Positions 58,384 to 64,000 of a stretch of DNA of 64,000 nucleotides are shown here, in pieces (the stretch's first letter is position 1; the number at the start of each line of letters is the position of its first letter). The stretch lies in IMG/VR virus record IMGVR_UViG_3300002835_000132. One strand, 5' to 3'. This DNA is from an uncultured virus (IMG/VR IMGVR_UViG_3300002835_000132). Taxonomy: Duplodnaviria > Heunggongvirae > Uroviricota > Caudoviricetes. The notes under the pieces were generated by a model that was given only the letters and a program-made list of their open reading frames with translations, was not told where the DNA came from and ran no database searches. A program made the translations under genes and the position numbers.

Positions 58384-60067
58384 GTATACAATAGTTCCAA
58401 GCGGTTTAAGGTATAAAGGGGCACCATCTGTCAATCAAAAAATTTCGATAAATCTTGATGAACAAAGTCAGGAAATTACTGAATACGACAGAAGTGCAAC
58501 GGTTAACCTTGCTCAAGTATATGACGACGAAAGACAGGCTTGTACTATTTTTAGACCTACTTTTAAAGTTACTTATTTGTACGACAACGCTTATACTGGT
58601 ACCACAGGTTATATACCATTTAGAGATAATCTTTATTACACATCACCCGAGGCTTCTAAACAAAGTGGTATTTGGAAAGGATTTCCACAATACTACGAGT
58701 TTGATTTTTATAGACCTGATGTCGGAGACCAACATTTTCAGTACAAAGCCAAAAGTGCATATACGTACAATTGGACATACTATTTAACCTATCCATCAGA
58801 TAATAATTATGATAAGGAATTAACATATTATTCAAGTAACTCTAACGACATTACTTGGAAGGCGAGTGATGGTATTGCGTTTACAATAACAAATACATCA
58901 CAAAATGGTAATGGGTTAATTTCATTTACTTGTGTTGCTCCTCACGGATTAACTCCAAACGAATATGTTGAGTTATCATTAACTTATAGAAATTCAAACA
59001 TCTTCCAAGTGTATTCGTTAGGAACTGGATTATTTGGTACGGATGTATACACATTTAATGTGTTGAATATTGGATATACGGGTACGACATTTAATAATGG
59101 CACCACAGGTACTTTTAAAAGAGTACTTAATCCTGATAATTTAACGGAAACAAGGTCAGAATATTATGTTAAACAATATAAAGTTTTAACTAATCTAACT
59201 GACTTAGCGGTTACTAAAGTTGGTTTTGAAAAGAATGTTTTTGGGGAACAAATGAAGTTAGAGTATAGTTCTATTACTCCAAATAACGTTACAAGAGTTT
59301 CTCAGAAATCTAGTAGTAATGCTTACAACTTCACATCAAATTATGACATTGATTTGGCGGGATATAGAGACAACCAAATGAGACCATTATCTGAGATTAA
59401 TCTGACAATCGTAAATAAAGGGTTTTCAGGGTATTTTAATATGCCTTTTGATGGTATTGGATTAAAACAAGGGTGGGGATTTAATTTATCTAAAGTTGTA
59501 AATCCGTGGTGGAGTAATAATAACCAAAAATCAAACACATCAATTCCTGTTTCAGGGTATACTTTAACTAATGGTCAAACCAAAAGTTTCTTCTATAATT
59601 TGGATTTGAAAAAGGATGACATTATGGATGGGGACTTCTGTGAGTGGAACAACTACGAACAAATAGAAAGAACCGTGTCACCATATTATCACAAAATGAA
59701 GTTCAACCAAACTGTATTTGCAACAACTACGGTCCCAACTAACAATGCGCCAGGATATTATTATAAACCACATAACCCAATGACTCTAAGAGTATTCTCC
59801 GATTATGTTGAAACAGGAGGAGTAGGGTTCTTAGACCAAGTTCCAAATTGGGCATTTTATTCTTCATCAGACGAACAGTTTAGATGGAGAGATTTGTTTA
59901 GTTATGGGTTTAAAGATAACACAGGGTTAGGGGTAGATTATCCATTTTTTAATACAGCACATTATCCATTTCAAAATGTTGTGTTTAGATTAATACCTGA
60001 AGGAATAAACTATAACGAGGTTCAGAGTGACTTCTCATTTAAACCGTTAATTGATGAGTGTGAATAA
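58376..60067 (+). CDS. Putative structural protein
   Basis: Translationally coupled ORF in the baseplate cluster; T/N/Y-rich. Confidence 0.55.
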   Translation: MNKYTIVPSGLRYKGAPSVNQKISINLDEQSQEITEYDRSATVNLAQVYDDERQACTIFRPTFKVTYLYDNAYTGTTGYIPFRDNLYYTSPEASKQSGIWKGFPQYYEFDFYRPDVGDQHFQYKAKSAYTYNWTYYLTYPSDNNYDKELTYYSSNSNDITWKASDGIAFTITNTSQNGNGLISFTCVAPHGLTPNEYVELSLTYRNSNIFQVYSLGTGLFGTDVYTFNVLNIGYTGTTFNNGTTGTFKRVLNPDNLTETRSEYYVKQYKVLTNLTDLAVTKVGFEKNVFGEQMKLEYSSITPNNVTRVSQKSSSNAYNFTSNYDIDLAGYRDNQMRPLSEINLTIVNKGFSGYFNMPFDGIGLKQGWGFNLSKVVNPWWSNNNQKSNTSIPVSGYTLTNGQTKSFFYNLDLKKDDIMDGDFCEWNNYEQIERTVSPYYHKMKFNQTVFATTTVPTNNAPGYYYKPHNPMTLRVFSDYVETGGVGFLDQVPNWAFYSSSDEQFRWRDLFSYGFKDNTGLGVDYPFFNTAHYPFQNVVFRLIPEGINYNEVQSDFSFKPLIDECE

Positions 60068-60875
60068 ATTTGTAATTAGACAAGACGGAGATACTGACAA
60101 GCAAATCAATATTCCTGTAGAACTTAAGTGGGACTACTTGGGATTAGATATGGCAATTCAAGAGTACGAAAAAGAAGTAATAACGGAAGTTATTGGGGTT
60201 GGACGCGATTTTGAAATATCAAGGTTTGCACACGCACCTGCCACAGGAACAACAAACAATACAGAGATTAATTACGAGTTTTATTTCTATTCAGGAGGTT
60301 CAATGAGTGATATTAACAATTGGAGAGTTAATTACCTAAGTGAAGGGTTTACACCTCAAGAGGTTTATTACTATGAAAACAATTTCACTAACTCATTTTT
60401 TAAATTAGATTTTTACGATACTCCTGATGACAAAAAACAAACAAATTACCTAACAGTAATTTTACCAACACAACAGGGGTTGAAGATGGATGCTCAAATG
60501 CAAAGAACATTAGTGTCGATTAAAAAACCTGAATTTATATTAGACTATGTTGGAGATAAAGAAGGTTTCTTTCTTTATTGGTTAAAGAAAAGAACATTTT
60601 TAGACATTGACACATTCTATATGAGTGCCAAATTCTATAACGCCAAGACAGGTCAGTTTACAACTATGATGACTGGAAGAGGGACCACACCATTTGACCT
60701 GACTGAAGGACCACAAGCTCTAATGGAAAATAAGTACTCGTTTGATGGTACTCAATTATTATACTACAAAGTTAAATTAGATTATCCAACACAAACATAT
60801 CAAGTGTTTAACACTTACGGTCAAAGATTAGGGACAAATTTACCCATAAAATGGTATGAATATGTAAATCAATAA
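60051..60875 (+). CDS. Putative structural protein
   Basis: Overlapping ORF in the same cluster; SFFKLDFYD motif. Confidence 0.55.
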   Translation: MMSVNKFVIRQDGDTDKQINIPVELKWDYLGLDMAIQEYEKEVITEVIGVGRDFEISRFAHAPATGTTNNTEINYEFYFYSGGSMSDINNWRVNYLSEGFTPQEVYYYENNFTNSFFKLDFYDTPDDKKQTNYLTVILPTQQGLKMDAQMQRTLVSIKKPEFILDYVGDKEGFFLYWLKKRTFLDIDTFYMSAKFYNAKTGQFTTMMTGRGTTPFDLTEGPQALMENKYSFDGTQLLYYKVKLDYPTQTYQVFNTYGQRLGTNLPIKWYEYVNQ

Positions 60876-60877
60876 GA

Positions 60878-61966
60878 ATGTCAGATTATTATAAAATAAC
60901 GGTATCGCCTGAAAACGTTGCAAGAGATTTATCCGTCGTTAATTACGATGGAACTTCTGTTGGGGTGTATTCTGCTATGACCAAAGTTGTTAGTTCGGGT
61001 CCAAACGGGGCTTCATTATTAACAAACTTAAGTGTCCCATTATTGTTCAGACAAACCGCTGTCGATGCGGGATACTATAGTCCATTTGACGGAGCGGTAT
61101 TACAGAAAAATGTAGTTGCAAATTTTATATTTTCATCCACAACGGCAAACCCATACGTATACAATATCTACAATACTTCAGACGAGTTCCAAAAGTTTTT
61201 AAACCTATCATCTTATAGAGTTGATTGGGGTGATAACACTCCAAAACAAATAATAACGGGGTACACACCGAACACTCTTAATCATACATACGCATCTGCG
61301 ACTCGTGAATACACAATAACCTTGGAACAAACAAATCCATGGGGAGTGACAAAAGTTTCTAAAAAAATAAGTACTCCGTTCACTAACCCAACAATTTATA
61401 ACCCAAAAGGAGAGGCGTTTTTTGCTCCTTCGTCAGGTAACTGGATAGGAACACCAGTATCGTATGATTATATATTTTCAGGAGATGCTGTTAACGTGGT
61501 ATCGGCTCAAACATCGATTAACTACGTTACAATCCCATTTACAGTTTCAGGATTGACCAAGTCAAGGGTGAACGAATTGGCTCAGTACGGGTCACCTAAG
61601 TTCCAAGTAGGGGTACCCGTAATTGCTAATGGACAAATATGGGGAGCAATTTCCAACATGAATCCAACATTTACTGCTTACACTATAACAGGTGTTGATT
61701 ATTATGACTATACAGATGGTACAACAATATTCTTCCAAGAATCTTCAGGATTGACTCAAAACAATTTACAGGCAAGTCCAATAACAAAAGACGAAGTTTT
61801 ATTGAAAGTTGTTGACCAAGCTCAAATACAAACTGACGTTTTTATTGAGAGAGGTAAGAATAGTGCGTATGAAAGGGTGATGAGAATAGGTGAGGTTGAT
61901 AACTTAGGAGACATGATAAATTATGGTTACGGATTTTTTAATGTTATTAATAAAGAAAGAACGTAA
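60878..61966 (+). CDS. Putative structural protein with a PKD-like segment
   Basis: VDWGD...LNHTY...YTITL pattern. Confidence 0.55.
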   Translation: MSDYYKITVSPENVARDLSVVNYDGTSVGVYSAMTKVVSSGPNGASLLTNLSVPLLFRQTAVDAGYYSPFDGAVLQKNVVANFIFSSTTANPYVYNIYNTSDEFQKFLNLSSYRVDWGDNTPKQIITGYTPNTLNHTYASATREYTITLEQTNPWGVTKVSKKISTPFTNPTIYNPKGEAFFAPSSGNWIGTPVSYDYIFSGDAVNVVSAQTSINYVTIPFTVSGLTKSRVNELAQYGSPKFQVGVPVIANGQIWGAISNMNPTFTAYTITGVDYYDYTDGTTIFFQESSGLTQNNLQASPITKDEVLLKVVDQAQIQTDVFIERGKNSAYERVMRIGEVDNLGDMINYGYGFFNVINKERT

Positions 61967-62009
61967 ATGAAAAAAAGAACTAAACTATTTATAAATTAAA
62001 TAAGACAAA

Positions 62010-62918
62010 ATGGCAATAGGCTCATACGGTACAATAAGACCATCAGATGTCTCACCACAAGATGTTGAGATTATCATGAACTACACTCCAACAAGGGATG
62101 TGACAGACCAGTTCGTGCTTACGCAATTGGATGCACAGACTTTACTTAGACCTTATTTCAATAATACTGAGACAGGTGGAAATGCAGGAGTTGAAGTATT
62201 AGGAGGATTATATAATCTAACATTACCTGCAAATCAATTTAATGCTTTAGGTATCTACACATTATACATAAGACCAGCCCAAATAAGAACTGTAATCACT
62301 GATTGTGGTGTTTTAAGTGCGTTACCAAACGTAAAAGGTATTATAATTGATATTACTAACGTACCAACAGAATACCAAAACAAGTTTGTACCTCAAGGGC
62401 TTGTTGGATTCAGAATTGAATACTTAAATCCTGACGGTTCCAAAATACCTAACTTTTTTAGAGTTGTAACTTCAAGTTTCTATTGTGAACCTGTTGTAAC
62501 TAATGAAGTTAATACGACTCAAAAATCAATTAGATATAGATATGTTGATGGAGATTCAAATCTTATTTTCTTAACACTATCACCATCATCTTCACCAACA
62601 AACAAACCAAACGCAACTCCATTTATTGGGCAGCCGAATCAAGACATTATTATTACTAATACGTTCTTCAATCCAATAACGTTAGAAGTAGAAATGGTTG
62701 AATACGATATATCATCTCTTGCAATTGCTCTTTACGGTAATCAAACTAAATCTATTGATGATGGTATCTACACAATCTACGATAGTCAAAACAATATCTA
62801 CAGACAATACAACTTGTATGAGATTAGAGACCAATTTAATGCATTGTTATATGAGGTTAGACAGAATAGAAATGATAATATTGATTTCAGTAAAAACTTT
62901 ACAAATATAACAACCTAA
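62010..62918 (+). CDS. Putative structural protein
   Basis: ORF preceded by the TATTTAT motif. Confidence 0.55.
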   Translation: MAIGSYGTIRPSDVSPQDVEIIMNYTPTRDVTDQFVLTQLDAQTLLRPYFNNTETGGNAGVEVLGGLYNLTLPANQFNALGIYTLYIRPAQIRTVITDCGVLSALPNVKGIIIDITNVPTEYQNKFVPQGLVGFRIEYLNPDGSKIPNFFRVVTSSFYCEPVVTNEVNTTQKSIRYRYVDGDSNLIFLTLSPSSSPTNKPNATPFIGQPNQDIIITNTFFNPITLEVEMVEYDISSLAIALYGNQTKSIDDGIYTIYDSQNNIYRQYNLYEIRDQFNALLYEVRQNRNDNIDFSKNFTNITT

Positions 62919-64000
62919 TGGCGATAACGCAAAAGACGACAAAATACTTTTACCCTCCAAGACCTGGTAGTGGTGCTGCAACCTTCTCTGACAATATTGT
63001 AGGATTACAAACAGTTGAGGGTGGTGGACTTACGCAAGGTAACTTTGAGTTCACAACTTCAGTGGTTGAAAAGGTTAATAGAACTTTTAGTGTTGGAGCG
63101 TTTTCTGAACCTATTAATTTAGGTGATTTAAATATTAATGATTTAGCTGAGAGTAGAAGAATTATGGCAACACAGTTTAGGGTTTATCCTAACTACGATG
63201 TGTCACAAGTCTTAAACTTCTCAATGTATGGTTCGTTGAGTAAAAGATTTCAAGTATCTATTACAAAAATTATTAATTATTTTCCAGCAGCGTTAGATGT
63301 TATTTTCACTAACTTGGATTTTACTACAGGCGCCACTGCAACTAATATTCTTTACGACCCTGTCGAAGATGAAACTTACTTTCAAGTGAATGTTGATAGG
63401 ATTAACAATCCTTTTGATATTGATTACTCAGTAAGTGCTGCAACCAACTTATCGGTTAGAGAAATACTTGTTTCTCCTTATAGAAATTTATATAACACTT
63501 ACTTAGATTACTCTGTTAGTATTAATGATAACATATACAATATTGTCTCATTCTTACCATCGGAAAATTTAACGACAGGGTTTATTCAATTCTATGTTTC
63601 GGGGGCTCCTTTTGGTACTACCGCAACAACAACCAATGAAAATTTTCAAATAAGACCAAACGACTTAATTACAGATAAAATATTTTCCGAAGATTTCGAT
63701 GAGGTTGAAAAATTTTTATTAAATAGATTGGTAAGACCAGAATATACAGCAGCATTCCAAGTACCCGCTCAAACTGAAAATGGGGAATTTTATGTTAAGT
63801 ATCAACAAGTAACATGGCCAAAAGACGGTGGATGGAATTTAGATATTAGGTCTTTCTTATTCGACGATTATTTAACGACATTGGAGACAATTGCCGTTGA
63901 TTTAGATTCTTTTAAAAGTAATTTAATATCAAGATTTTTAGTTACAGATTCTTTAAAAGAGTTTGACACCTTAGGACAAAAAGTTGAAAAAATATTTCAA
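62918..64000 (+). CDS. 3'-truncated putative structural protein (not in the ORF track)
   Basis: TAATG overlap with the upstream gene; reads MAITQKTTKYFYPPRPGSGAATFSDN... and appears open to the window end. Confidence 0.7.
   Translation, partial: MAITQKTTKYFYPPRPGSGAATFSDNIVGLQTVEGGGLTQGNFEFTTSVVEKVNRTFSVGAFSEPINLGDLNINDLAESRRIMATQFRVYPNYDVSQVLNFSMYGSLSKRFQVSITKIINYFPAALDVIFTNLDFTTGATATNILYDPVEDETYFQVNVDRINNPFDIDYSVSAATNLSVREILVSPYRNLYNTYLDYSVSINDNIYNIVSFLPSENLTTGFIQFYVSGAPFGTTATTTNENFQIRPNDLITDKIFSEDFDEVEKFLLNRLVRPEYTAAFQVPAQTENGEFYVKYQQVTWPKDGGWNLDIRSFLFDDYLTTLETIAVDLDSFKSNLISRFLVTDSLKEFDTLGQKVEKIFQ

Noticed and set aside
10636..62910. Numerous 60-110 aa ORFs nested in or antisense to long genes
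   Set aside because: They lie fully inside well-supported CDSs and have no motifs or expression signals.
1..64000. Stop-codon reassignment
   Set aside because: Genes are full length under code 11, and TAA, TGA and TAG all end credible genes.

Overview
This AT-rich, gene-dense window looks like part of a large T4-like myovirus (jumbo-phage-type) genome using the standard genetic code. The host is probably Bacteroidota, based on A-rich Shine-Dalgarno-less leaders and a TAnnTTTG promoter. From left to right it carries: LamG and Thr/Pro-rich 'mucin-like' small proteins; a four-gene glycosyltransferase operon (GT60-like, GT25-like, two HtrL/YibB-like); family B DNA polymerase; a minus-strand block (neck protein, Mn-type SOD fused to a PD-(D/E)xK-like domain, SNF2 helicase); a neck, sheath, tube, chaperone, tape-measure and baseplate module; a replication cluster (gp32-like SSB, RecA-like, 5'-3' exonuclease, 2OG-Fe(II) oxygenase, DnaB-like, nrdB, nrdA); and a second baseplate/structural module running off the right end. 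The most notable candidates are (1) a phage-encoded mucin-type O-glycosylation system next to its likely substrates, (2) a +1 frameshift at UUU_CGU in the tail chaperone gene, (3) an unannotated ArfA-like peptide beside a putative RNase, (4) the SOD-nuclease-like fusion, (5) a pervasive TATTTAT promoter-like motif with apparently leaderless genes, and (6) apparent GATC avoidance. All calls come from motif recognition by eye; no database searches were run. I saw no tRNA, rRNA, CRISPR array or IS element.
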